Shown here: one piece after another, positions 23,555 through 32,896 of the stretch
How the letters are laid out: every line of letters begins with the position of its first letter
How positions within the stretch are numbered: position 1 is the stretch's first letter
NCBI GenBank assembly: GCA_021819085.1
Contig: JAKASJ010000006.1
Coordinates: 38,166 to 102,165 of the forward strand
DNA: 64,000 nt
Direction of reading: 5' to 3'
Source of the DNA: Pseudomonadota bacterium
GTDB taxonomy: Bacteria > Pseudomonadota > Gammaproteobacteria > Acidiferrobacterales > UBA6901
Made by a program: the position numbers and the translations under genes
The notes under the pieces: model-generated
The model's database searches: none
The model's input: only the letters and a program-made list of their open reading frames with translations
What the model was told of the DNA's origin: nothing

Positions 23555-25293
23555 CCATGCGTGTTCCGGTAACCGAGCACACAACGCTGCCGCAGCTGTT
23601 TTTGGCCCGTATCCACGATACACCGAACGGCCGGGCCTTTCGTCAGCATCACCCTGATCCTGGCATGTCCAAGGATGCGCGTCGCGGCCGATGGCAGGAC
23701 ATGAATTGGGCAGAGGCCGGACGCGAGGCAGGGCGCTGGCGAGCGGCGCTGCGCACCGAGGGCCTCAGGGCCGGAGACCGCGTGGCGCTGTGCATGCGCA
23801 ACCGGATCGAATGGATCCTGTTCGATCAGGCGGCTCTCAGCCTCGGGCTGGTCGTTGTGCCGCTGTTCTATAACGACAGGGCCGAGAACATGGCGTGGTG
23901 CATGAATGACGCCGGCGTGAGCCTGCTTTTGCTCGAGGATGGTGTGTTGTGGAGAGATCTGCGCGCTCAGGTTCCGACGCTCATTCGTGTGGTCTGCATC
24001 AACGATGCGCCTGCGGGCGATGAGACCGCAGTCGCTGCATCAGCATGGCTTCCGGCGCGAGGTGAAAGCCTGGATGAAGGTCCTGCGCGTGCCACAGACC
24101 TGGCAACCCTGGTTTACACATCGGGCACGACGGGCCGGCCGAAAGGTGTGATGCTGAGCCACCGCAATATCGCGAGCAACGTCAGCGCCAGTCTCGATGC
24201 CGTGCCGATCGTGAATGCCGAAGATGTCTTTCTTTCGTTTCTGCCGCTTTCGCACATGTTCGAGCGTACTGTCGGCTACTACCTGTCCATGTGCATCGGC
24301 GCCAGTACCGTTTTCGCGCGCAGCATCACGGAACTTCCGGAGGATCTCCTGAGCCAGCGTCCAACGATGCTGGTGTGTGTCCCGCGAATCTTCGAACGCA
24401 TCTATGCCCGAATGCAGGAGAGCCTGCCGCCCGGTTCCTTCCGCCGGCGCCTTTTCGACCTGGCAGTGAATGTCGGGTGGAGGCGCTTCGCCGGCCAGGC
24501 GCGGCCGGGCGATGCGCTCCTTTGGCCTCTGCTTGATGTGCTTGTTGCGCGCAAGCTGCGCCGCCGGCTGGGGGGGCGCATGCGTCTGATCGTTTCCGGT
24601 GCCGCAGCGCTCGCGCCGCAGTTGTCGCGCACGTTTCTCGGGCTCGGACTTCCTTTGCTGCAGGGATATGGGCTCACCGAGTTTTCGCCCGTCGTGAGCT
24701 GCAACCGTCTTGAGGATAACGACCCCACTTCGGTCGGCCGGCCGGTCACCGGGGTTGAAATCAGGACCCTCGGCGATGGCGAGTTGCTGGTGCGCGGACC
24801 GGAAGTGATGCTCGGCTACTGGAACAATCCGGCCGCCACCGGTGCCGTGGTCGACGCCGAAGGTTGGTTGCACACCGGCGACATGGTGCGCATCGAGGGG
24901 GGGCGGATTTACGTTGTCGGACGCGCCAAGGAAATCATCGTGCTCAGCAATGGGGAAAAGGTTCCGCCGGCGGATGCCGAGCAGGCGATTATGCTCGATC
25001 CAGTCTTCCAGCAGGTGATGGTGGTGGGTGAAGGCCGCCCGCGCCTCGGACTTCTGGTGGTGAGCGGACTTGCTGACGAGCGTGCCCTGTGCGAGCGCGC
25101 CAACGCCCAGCTGCGGAATTTCCCCGGGTACGCGCGGATATATCACATCGCGCGCATTGCCGAAGCGTGGACAGTGGAGAATGACCTGCTCACGCCGACG
25201 CTCAAGCTGCGCCGGAACAGGATCGAGGAGCGTTTCGCCAGAGAGATCGAAAACATGTACCGCAGCCGGGATCTGTGTCGCCAGACACGGTGA
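23551..25293 (+). CDS. Long-chain fatty acid-CoA ligase (AMP-dependent synthetase)
   Basis: YTSGTTGRPKG, FLPLSHMFER, QGYGLTE, GWLHTGD, LLTPTLKLRR. ATG overlaps the upstream stop. Confidence 0.93.
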   Translation: MTMRVPVTEHTTLPQLFLARIHDTPNGRAFRQHHPDPGMSKDARRGRWQDMNWAEAGREAGRWRAALRTEGLRAGDRVALCMRNRIEWILFDQAALSLGLVVVPLFYNDRAENMAWCMNDAGVSLLLLEDGVLWRDLRAQVPTLIRVVCINDAPAGDETAVAASAWLPARGESLDEGPARATDLATLVYTSGTTGRPKGVMLSHRNIASNVSASLDAVPIVNAEDVFLSFLPLSHMFERTVGYYLSMCIGASTVFARSITELPEDLLSQRPTMLVCVPRIFERIYARMQESLPPGSFRRRLFDLAVNVGWRRFAGQARPGDALLWPLLDVLVARKLRRRLGGRMRLIVSGAAALAPQLSRTFLGLGLPLLQGYGLTEFSPVVSCNRLEDNDPTSVGRPVTGVEIRTLGDGELLVRGPEVMLGYWNNPAATGAVVDAEGWLHTGDMVRIEGGRIYVVGRAKEIIVLSNGEKVPPADAEQAIMLDPVFQQVMVVGEGRPRLGLLVVSGLADERALCERANAQLRNFPGYARIYHIARIAEAWTVENDLLTPTLKLRRNRIEERFAREIENMYRSRDLCRQTR

Positions 25294-25314
25294 GGCGGAC
25301 GCCAGGGACGCAGG

Positions 25315-26253
25315 CTATCTGCAGTCCGGAATTTCCAATGGTTTACGCAACGTCGCACGCTGGCGCACCAGCTCCGCCTGGTCCATCAGGAAAACGCTTT
25401 CATCTCCACTGCGCGTGGTTAGCCACACAAATGGAACCAGAGGGAAGCGCAGTTCCAGCGCTTCGCGGCTGTTGCCGACCTCTACGACCAGAATTCCGCC
25501 GGATGTCAGGTGATCCTCGGCCTGGGCAAGAATGCGCGCTGCCGCCTCCAGGCCGTCGGCTCCCGAGGCAAGCGCCAGCTCCGGTTCGTGGCGGTACTCG
25601 GCCGGAAGCGACGCCAGCTCGCCTGCGGCAACATACGGTGGGTTGCTCACGATAAGGTCGTACCGTTCGCCGCCCAGCGCGCCGAAGAGATCGGACTGGA
25701 TCGGGCGCACCCGCGCCTCCAGGCCATGCGCCCCGATATTGATCCGCGCCACCTCAAGCGCCTCGGCCGAGATATCTGCAGCATCCACCTGTGCCTGCGG
25801 GAAAGCCCTAGCGACTGCCACGGCAATGCAGCCGCTGCCGGTGCACAGATCGAGTGCGTGGCGCACGCGCCCCGCATCGATCCATGGTTGAAATTCCTCC
25901 AAGACAAATTCACCGATCAGAGAGCGCGGCACGATGACCCGTTCGTCCACGTAGAACCTGAGACCCGCGAACCAGGCCTCTCGCAAAAGGTATGCTGCCG
26001 GTTTGCGCGTACGTATGCGCATTTCGATGATGTGTCGTGCACCAGCCAGATGCGATGCGTTTAAGGGTCTATCGAGCTGGCTTTCAAGGTCGGCGGGCGC
26101 CACGCCGATGGCCGATCCCACCAGCCACGCCGATTCGTCGAGAGCGTTGTCGGTACCGTGGCCGAACGTGACTCCGGCCTCACGCAGTTGCCGTTCGCCC
26201 CAAAGCACCAGCTGGCGCACGGTTGTGGGTTGCGGGTGGGGTTTGGTGCTCAT
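25315..26253 (-). CDS. prmB: Ribosomal protein L3 N5-glutamine methyltransferase
   Basis: FGHGTDNALDE, FYVDERVIVPRS, DLCTGSGCIA, SNPPY, EVGNS. Start at 26253, or up to 26295. Confidence 0.93.
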   Translation of the reverse strand: MSTKPHPQPTTVRQLVLWGERQLREAGVTFGHGTDNALDESAWLVGSAIGVAPADLESQLDRPLNASHLAGARHIIEMRIRTRKPAAYLLREAWFAGLRFYVDERVIVPRSLIGEFVLEEFQPWIDAGRVRHALDLCTGSGCIAVAVARAFPQAQVDAADISAEALEVARINIGAHGLEARVRPIQSDLFGALGGERYDLIVSNPPYVAAGELASLPAEYRHEPELALASGADGLEAAARILAQAEDHLTSGGILVVEVGNSREALELRFPLVPFVWLTTRSGDESVFLMDQAELVRQRATLRKPLEIPDCR

Positions 26254-26384
26254 GGTCAGCGTCGATTGTACGGCATCCATCGGGACATTCGCCATTGCGC
26301 TGCCGTGCCAAAAGGTGCTGAAATCAGACCCGCGGCTGCCGGTGCGCCGGACGGCACGGCAATTTACCTAAGGAAGCGTATGAG

Positions 26385-27452
26385 ATGAGCCAGTTGTTCT
26401 CGCCCTTGAAACTGCGCGGGCTGAATTTCAAGAACCGCATCTTTGTTTCCCCCATGTGTCAATACTCGGCGCCGGATGGAATCGCCACTTCCTGGCACCT
26501 GGTGCATCTCGGAAGCCGTGCGGTGGGAGGCGCAGCGCTGGTGATGACCGAGGCTGCCGCAGTGAGCCAGGCAGGCCGTATCTCGCCGTGGGATCTCGGA
26601 ATCTGGTCGGACACGCACGCCCAGGCACTGGCGCCGATCGCAGGTTTCATCAGTGAGCACGGCGCGGTGCCCGCAATCCAGCTGGCACATGCCGGACGCA
26701 AAGCATCGACCGATGTGCCGTGGCGTGGTGGCCGCCCGGTGCCCACGGACGAGGGAGGATGGCAGCCGCTTGCACCTAGCGCGATGCCCTTCGCTCCGGA
26801 TTCCCCTGTTCCCGCCGCGCTTTGCAGCGCAGACATCGATCGTGTGGTCGGGGACTTCACCGATGCGGCGCGCCGCAGTCTCGACGCCGGTTTCAGGGTG
26901 GCGGAAATACACATGGCGCACGGCTACCTGCTTCATGAATTTCTATCGCCGCTCAGCAACCGTCGCAATGACGAGTACGGCGGCAGTCTGGTGAACCGTC
27001 TGCGTTTTCCGTTGCGTGTCGCACAGGCGGTGCGCGCGGTATGGCCGCAGGACCTTCCGGTATTCGTGCGCATTTCCGCCACGGACTGGGTCGAAGGTGG
27101 CTGGGACCTAGAGCAGTCGATACATCTCGTACGCCGGCTGAAGGAGGCGGGCATCGACTTCATCGATTGTTCCAGTGGCGGCGTGATCCCGGACGCTCGC
27201 ATCCCGGCAGGCCCGGGATTTCAGGTTCCGTTCGCGACCGCAGTCCGGCACGAGGCGCAAATCGCCACAGGCGCTGTGGGATTCGTCACCGACCCATTTC
27301 AAGCGGAGCAGATCGTGGCGACCGGACTTGCTGATGCTGTTTTGCTCGCCCGGCAATTGCTGCGCGACCCCTATTGGCCGCTGCATGCCGCCCGTGCCCT
27401 TGCCGTCGACCTGCCATGGCCAGCACAGTACGAACGGGCAAAACTGCGCTGA
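26385..27452 (+). CDS. NADH:flavin oxidoreductase (Old Yellow Enzyme, YqjM/XenA-like)
   Basis: SPMCQYSA, QLAHAGRKAS, EIHMAHGYLLHEFLSP, C-terminal QYERA. Confidence 0.92.
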   Translation: MSQLFSPLKLRGLNFKNRIFVSPMCQYSAPDGIATSWHLVHLGSRAVGGAALVMTEAAAVSQAGRISPWDLGIWSDTHAQALAPIAGFISEHGAVPAIQLAHAGRKASTDVPWRGGRPVPTDEGGWQPLAPSAMPFAPDSPVPAALCSADIDRVVGDFTDAARRSLDAGFRVAEIHMAHGYLLHEFLSPLSNRRNDEYGGSLVNRLRFPLRVAQAVRAVWPQDLPVFVRISATDWVEGGWDLEQSIHLVRRLKEAGIDFIDCSSGGVIPDARIPAGPGFQVPFATAVRHEAQIATGAVGFVTDPFQAEQIVATGLADAVLLARQLLRDPYWPLHAARALAVDLPWPAQYERAKLR

Positions 27453-27540
27453 AGCGCTGCATCAATAAATAATGTGGAAAGCTGATCGCGCCGATCATTC
27501 CGCGTTGCGCAGGGTTTCCCGGAGCCGCTTCCGGTGGAGT

Positions 27541-28230
27541 TCAATGTGGCAGCGTTCCTCGGGCTTCGCGCGTAGCTGCAGATCTCTGCATGATCCCGGC
27601 CGTTCGTTGAACGGGTGCGGTCCGGCCACGCAGCATCGGTTTGAGTACGCGCCAGAGGTTTTCGAGCACCCTCGGTTCACCCGCCGCCCGGGGATGCAGT
27701 CCATCCGGTTGCATCAATTGTGGCTCCAAGGCTACTCCCTGAAGCAGGAACGGAACGAGCGGCACATGATATTCGCGCGACAGATCAAGGTAGATCCGGT
27801 GAAACCCGTCGGCGTAAGCCTGGCCGTAATTGGTCGGCAGGTACATGCCGACCAGCAGCACGCGCGCTTCGTGATGAAGAGCCATGGCGATCATGGCGGA
27901 AAGATTGGCGCGCATCTCTGTCAGCGGGAGCCCACGCAGACCATCATTTGCCCCAAGCTCGATGATCACGACCTGCGGACGGTGACGCGCCAGCGCCGCG
28001 GGCAGGCGTGCGCGCCCACTGCTGGTCGTATCGCCGCTGATGCTGGCATTAACCACATGGTAGCGATAGCCTTGTTTTTCGAGCCGTTGTTGTAGCAGAG
28101 CCGGCCAGGCCGTGTGCAGAGCAATGCCATAGCCCGCACTCAGGCTGTCACCCACGACAAGTATTGCCGGCATGGCGGCTGCAGCATTGCCGGCGAACAG
28201 CAGCAGTGCGTAAAGCAGAAATCGTCGCAT
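27541..28230 (-). CDS. tesA: Arylesterase / acyl-CoA thioesterase I (SGNH hydrolase)
   Basis: Signal peptide; GDSLSAGYG, NASISGDTT, ELGANDGLRG, DGLHP; divergent from ybbA. Confidence 0.92.
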   Translation of the reverse strand: MRRFLLYALLLFAGNAAAAMPAILVVGDSLSAGYGIALHTAWPALLQQRLEKQGYRYHVVNASISGDTTSSGRARLPAALARHRPQVVIIELGANDGLRGLPLTEMRANLSAMIAMALHHEARVLLVGMYLPTNYGQAYADGFHRIYLDLSREYHVPLVPFLLQGVALEPQLMQPDGLHPRAAGEPRVLENLWRVLKPMLRGRTAPVQRTAGIMQRSAATREARGTLPH

Positions 28231-28247
28231 GGCGAGGGTATTACACC

Positions 28248-28973
28248 ATGTACATGGTGCAGGCGCAAAAGCTCAGCAAGCGCGTGGCGAGCCCGGAAGG
28301 AACGCTTACGCTGCTCGATGCGGTCGATCTGGAAGTTGTCGCGGGAGAGGCATGCGCCATAGTTGGTGCATCCGGATCCGGGAAGTCGACCTTGCTCGGC
28401 CTGCTTGCCGGGCTCGATGCCCCCAGTTCCGGGCGCGTGCTGCTGGACGGCGTCGACCTGGGTACGCTTGACGAGGACGGGCGCGCGCGGTTGCGCGCCG
28501 GGCGCGTGGGCTTCGTGTTCCAGTCGTTTCAGCTGCTCCCCTCTCTCACTGCCCTCGAGAACGTCATGCTTCCGCTGGAGCTTACCGGGCGCACGGCGCC
28601 GGGGCGCACGGCGCGGGAGGTTCTCGCGCGAGTCGGACTGGCAGACCGCCTGCGCCACTATCCCAGCCAGCTGTCCGGTGGCGAGCAGCAGCGTGTGGCG
28701 ATCGCACGTGCGTTTGCGTCAAGCCCGAAGATCCTGTTTGCCGACGAGCCCACCGGGAATCTCGACCAAGCTACCGGTGAACGCGTGATCGACCTGATAT
28801 TTTCGCTCAATCGTGAGCGCGCGACCACCATCTTGCTCGTTACCCATGATGAAGCGGTGGCCGCGCATTGCCACCGCCGGCTGCACCTTGCAGCCGGCCG
28901 ATTGCGGGACGATTCCGGACCTGGTGCGGACAGACAGCTCGATCTGCCGGGGGCCGCCGGTGAGAATATTTAG
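28248..28973 (+). CDS. ybbA: ABC transporter ATP-binding protein
   Basis: GASGSGKS, LSGGEQQRVAIARA, FADEPTGNLD; tesA/ybbA/ybbP arrangement. Confidence 0.88.
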   Translation: MYMVQAQKLSKRVASPEGTLTLLDAVDLEVVAGEACAIVGASGSGKSTLLGLLAGLDAPSSGRVLLDGVDLGTLDEDGRARLRAGRVGFVFQSFQLLPSLTALENVMLPLELTGRTAPGRTAREVLARVGLADRLRHYPSQLSGGEQQRVAIARAFASSPKILFADEPTGNLDQATGERVIDLIFSLNRERATTILLVTHDEAVAAHCHRRLHLAAGRLRDDSGPGADRQLDLPGAAGENI

Positions 28974-31452
28974 GCTCTCGCTGCTTGGCCTGCTGCGCGA
29001 CTGGCGCGCGGGCGAGCTGCGGGTGCTGGGGCTGGCGCTTGTCATCGCCGTCGCGAGCACGACTGCGGTGGGGTTTTTCACCGACCGGGTAGGGCTGCTC
29101 ATGGGGCGTCAGGCTTCGGCGCTACTGGGGGCAGACCTCGCGGTTGTTTCTTCCGACCCTATCAGTCCCGGGTTTGCCGGTAATGCCCGTGGTCTTGGTC
29201 TCAAAATCGCGGAAACAGTCACATTTCCAAGCGTCGTACTCGCCGGCAGCAAGACCGAGCTGCTTGAGGTCAAATCCGTGAGCGCCGGTTATCCGCTGCG
29301 CGGAATGCTGCGGGTCGCGCAACTGCCCTATGGCAAGGAGCTGGCGACGCGCACCATTCCGGCGCCTGGTACGGTATGGCTAGGTCCGCGTGCACTCACC
29401 CGCCTCGGGCTGCGCATCGGCGACAAGATCAAGCTCGGCTCTTCGCTGCTTACGGTCGCCGAGGTCCTCGCCTACGAACCCGACCGCGGAGGTGACCTCT
29501 TCGGCATCGCGCCACGGCTGCTCATGAACCTTCAGGACATGCCGGCTACCGCGCTGATCGGTCCAGGCAGCCGTGTCACCTACCGCCTGCTCATCGCGGG
29601 TCCGGCGCCGGCACTCGCAAAGTTCCGACAGTGGATCGACCGGCGCCTCGAACCAGGGGAACGCCTCGAAGACATTCACGATGCTCGCCCGCAACTGCGG
29701 GAGGCGCTCGATCGCGCGCAAAAATTTCTCGGGCTCGCTGCTCTGGTCAGCGTGTTGCTTGCCGGTGTTGCCATCGCAACTGCGACAAGGCGTTATGCCG
29801 CGCGCCATCTCGACGGCACGGCGGTCATGCGCTGTCTCGGGGCTACGCAGCGTTATGTCGTATGGCTTCACGTTCTGCAGATGCTGTGGCTCGGCCTGGT
29901 CGCCAGCCTAGCCGGTTGCGCGGTAGGTTACTTCGCGCAACAGGTCCTCGTGTACCTGCTTTCCGGGCTGGTCGCGGCGCCGCTTCCTCCGCCGTCCGGG
30001 TTCCCGGTCGTGTCCGGCCTGCTTACCGGCCTGGTTGCCCTGCTCGGTTTCGCTCTTCCGCCGGTGCTGCGACTGAAGGATGTCACTCCTGCTCGGGTGC
30101 TACGCCGTGACCTCGGCCAGTTGCCGGCGCGGACCTGGATGGTTTATGCCGCGGCACTGGCAGTCGCCACCGCGCTCATGCTGTGGCAAACACGTGACGT
30201 GGGGCTCACGGCCTACCTGCTGTCGGCTACCTCGCTTACGCTTGCCGGCCTGAGCGCTGTAGCGTATGCGCTGGTGCGCCTGCTCAGATTGCTGCGCGCA
30301 CATTCGGGGGTTGCCTGGCGTCTCGGGCTCGCCGGCATCGCACGACGAGCCGGTACCAGTGTAGTGCAAATGGTCGCATTCGGGATCGGTATCATGCTGC
30401 TCTTGTTGTTGTCGCTGGTGCGCGGCGACCTGCTCAATGAATGGGAGCGCAGCCTTCCCCCGGGGGCGCCGAATCAGTTCGTCATCAATGTACAGCCTGA
30501 ACAGGTCGCGCCACTGCGGCGGTTTTTCTTCGCCAACGGGCTGAAGGACGTGGATCTCTACCCGATGGTGCGCGGGCGGCTGCTTGCCATCAATCACAGG
30601 CCAGTAGACGCTTCAAGCTACTCCGATATCCGTGCCCGCCATTTGGTCGAGAGGGAATTCAATCTGTCGTGGACCGTGCGGCCGCAGCCCGACAACCGCA
30701 TCGTTGCCGGACAATGGTGGACTGCGGCGCAGTACGGCAAGCCGTTGGCATCAGTCGAGCAGGGTCTCGCCAAGACCCTGCGGATAAAGCTCGGCGATAC
30801 GCTCGAATACCGCATCGCAGACCGCGACCTTTCCGTACGGGTTGTGAATTTGCGGAAGGTCGAATGGGATTCCTTTCGCGTGAATTTCTTCGTAGTAACT
30901 CCGCCCGGCCTGCTCAACGGTTACCCGGCGACATACATCACGAGTTTTCACCTTGCCGCGGACCGGCACGGACTGCTGCAGAAGCTGATGCAGCGTTTTC
31001 CCAACATTACCATTATCGATGTTCAGACCGTGATGGCCCAGGTGCGCAGCATCATGCATCGTGTGAATCTGTCCTTGGAATATGTATTTCTGTTTACACT
31101 GCTGGCCGGACTGACAGTGCTCTACGCCGCTCTCCAGGCCACGCAGGACGAACGTACGCACGAGGTTGCCGTGATGCGCGCCTTGGGGGCGACCACGCGC
31201 CAGCTCACGCTGAGCCTGGCGGTGGAATTCACCGCAATCGGGTTAATCGCCGGACTGCTGGCTGCCTTGGGGGCAACTGTCTCGGGTTACCTCCTCGCGC
31301 GGCACCTGTTCCATCTTCATTACCACGTTGATCCCAGGCTATGGCTCGCCGGACTGATCGGCGGCGGAGCCGGCGTCGGAACTTTTGGCGTATGGGGTAC
31401 GCGCTTTGTGCTCGCGCGTCCGCCGCTGCAGACGCTGCGCGAATTTTCCTGA
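28960..31452 (+). CDS. ybbP: ABC transporter permease (double FtsX-type)
   Basis: LRDWRAGELR, GYPLRG, PNQFVINVQP, REFNLSW, VEWDSFRVNFF; GTG start at 28960. Confidence 0.88.
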   Translation: MRIFRLSLLGLLRDWRAGELRVLGLALVIAVASTTAVGFFTDRVGLLMGRQASALLGADLAVVSSDPISPGFAGNARGLGLKIAETVTFPSVVLAGSKTELLEVKSVSAGYPLRGMLRVAQLPYGKELATRTIPAPGTVWLGPRALTRLGLRIGDKIKLGSSLLTVAEVLAYEPDRGGDLFGIAPRLLMNLQDMPATALIGPGSRVTYRLLIAGPAPALAKFRQWIDRRLEPGERLEDIHDARPQLREALDRAQKFLGLAALVSVLLAGVAIATATRRYAARHLDGTAVMRCLGATQRYVVWLHVLQMLWLGLVASLAGCAVGYFAQQVLVYLLSGLVAAPLPPPSGFPVVSGLLTGLVALLGFALPPVLRLKDVTPARVLRRDLGQLPARTWMVYAAALAVATALMLWQTRDVGLTAYLLSATSLTLAGLSAVAYALVRLLRLLRAHSGVAWRLGLAGIARRAGTSVVQMVAFGIGIMLLLLLSLVRGDLLNEWERSLPPGAPNQFVINVQPEQVAPLRRFFFANGLKDVDLYPMVRGRLLAINHRPVDASSYSDIRARHLVEREFNLSWTVRPQPDNRIVAGQWWTAAQYGKPLASVEQGLAKTLRIKLGDTLEYRIADRDLSVRVVNLRKVEWDSFRVNFFVVTPPGLLNGYPATYITSFHLAADRHGLLQKLMQRFPNITIIDVQTVMAQVRSIMHRVNLSLEYVFLFTLLAGLTVLYAALQATQDERTHEVAVMRALGATTRQLTLSLAVEFTAIGLIAGLLAALGATVSGYLLARHLFHLHYHVDPRLWLAGLIGGGAGVGTFGVWGTRFVLARPPLQTLREFS

Positions 31453-31731
31453 TCGCGGTGCGTGGTACACGCGACGGCGGGCGCATCCGTCGAGCGGATC
31501 GCCAGGCCGGAATCGGCGCGGCGTCGCCCGCGATTGTGCCGCCGGTCGTCCTCAATTCATCGAAGTGTCACGTTCGCGTCACATTCCTGGTCTAAATTCA
31601 CGATCGACTCCGGGAACATCCATAGCGGCAGTACCCGGGTGGAAGGCGGTAACTACGGTTTTTGTGGTGTGGTTCCCGCCCGGTATGCCTCGATAGAAGC
31701 CGACGGTACTTTCAGCGAAGTGGGCGGACAA

Positions 31732-32427
31732 ATGAATATCGATACTTTTTTGCAGGCGGCAAACTCGACCGGCGAAATTGTCTACCTGATGGCAGCGCTG
31801 CTGTTTATCGCCCTGACAATAGCGTTTGAGCGGACGTGGTATCTCAGGCGCGCATTTATCGCGGGCAACCGGATCATCGCAAAGCTCGATTCGGTCAACC
31901 GACTCGAAGCGCAGCAGCTGCGGGATCTGGCGGATGACTGCAAGAATCTGCCGCCGGCCCAGGTGTTGACAGCCACCGTCAAGCACGACCTGGATCACGA
32001 CTTTGAGCGGCTTTCCGACAGGATCGAGGAGGCCATATTGCGCGAGGCGCCCCGCGTCGATCGCTACCTCTGGGTGCTCGACACTATTGTCACCCTTGCG
32101 CCGCTGCTCGGTCTCCTGGGGACAATAGTGGGCATGTTCAGCACATTCCATGTGCTCTCCAGCGGTGCAGGTGCATCGCCAAAAGTCACCGGCGGTGTAG
32201 CCGAGGCGCTGCTGGCAACCGCTTCGGGATTATTCGTGGCCATCATCGGGCTGGTGCTGTTCAACGGAGCCAGCAACCGGGTGCGCGTGATCCTGCATCA
32301 GCTCGAAACCCTGAAAGTTATGATCATCAACCGCATGTATCCCCACTACCGGGTTCCGCTGCAGACCAGTCCGCACGGGCGTGAGCGGCTGGCCGGTCCG
32401 CGCGTGCTCAGGGCAGGAGAAATCTGA
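31732..32427 (+). CDS. exbB: MotA/TolQ/ExbB proton channel family protein
   Basis: TLAPLLGLLGTIVGM and GVAEALLATASGL. ATG 31732 preferred over the long upstream extension. Confidence 0.88.
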   Translation: MNIDTFLQAANSTGEIVYLMAALLFIALTIAFERTWYLRRAFIAGNRIIAKLDSVNRLEAQQLRDLADDCKNLPPAQVLTATVKHDLDHDFERLSDRIEEAILREAPRVDRYLWVLDTIVTLAPLLGLLGTIVGMFSTFHVLSSGAGASPKVTGGVAEALLATASGLFVAIIGLVLFNGASNRVRVILHQLETLKVMIINRMYPHYRVPLQTSPHGRERLAGPRVLRAGEI

Positions 32428-32428
32428 A

Positions 32429-32821
32429 GTGCGCTACTTCGATAGGAAAAAGGCCCGCATCGAAATAATTCCGATGATCGACATCATGTTTTTCCTGCTG
32501 GTCTTTTTTATCATGATCACGCTGCGCATGATTCCGTCGACGGGGATCGTAACCAACCTTCCCCGCAGCTCTACGGCCAATGCAATGCCGCCGCCTAAAG
32601 TCCTGGTGGCGCTGGGGCCGGACGGAACCATTACCGTAGGTGGTCGCATGCTCTCTGCGGTCGAACTGACCGCCTTCCTGCAAAGCCGAGACCCGGCCCA
32701 TGTCATTGTCACGATCGAGGGCGCGAAGCAGGCTTCCGTCCAGAACCTGATGACCGTGATGGATGCCTGCCGTGCAGCGGGGGTAACGCGCATCGGTCTG
32801 GCTGCCAGGCGACGCGGGTAG
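32429..32821 (+). CDS. exbD: Biopolymer transporter ExbD/TolR
   Basis: IEIIPMIDIMFFLLVFFIM with the conserved Asp; VMDACRAAG; GTG start after AGGAG. Confidence 0.88.
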   Translation: MRYFDRKKARIEIIPMIDIMFFLLVFFIMITLRMIPSTGIVTNLPRSSTANAMPPPKVLVALGPDGTITVGGRMLSAVELTAFLQSRDPAHVIVTIEGAKQASVQNLMTVMDACRAAGVTRIGLAARRRG

Positions 32822-32896
32822 CTCCTGAAAGCGCGTCCAGCGCGAACGTCGCCGGTTGCGTTCTTCCCGCCGGTCAGTGCCGGCGCGCGGCTCTTC

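Noticed and set aside
31560-31590. CRP/FNR-like site TGTCA...TCACA upstream of exbB
   Set aside because: Spacer is 8 bp rather than 6 and the first half-site is imperfect.
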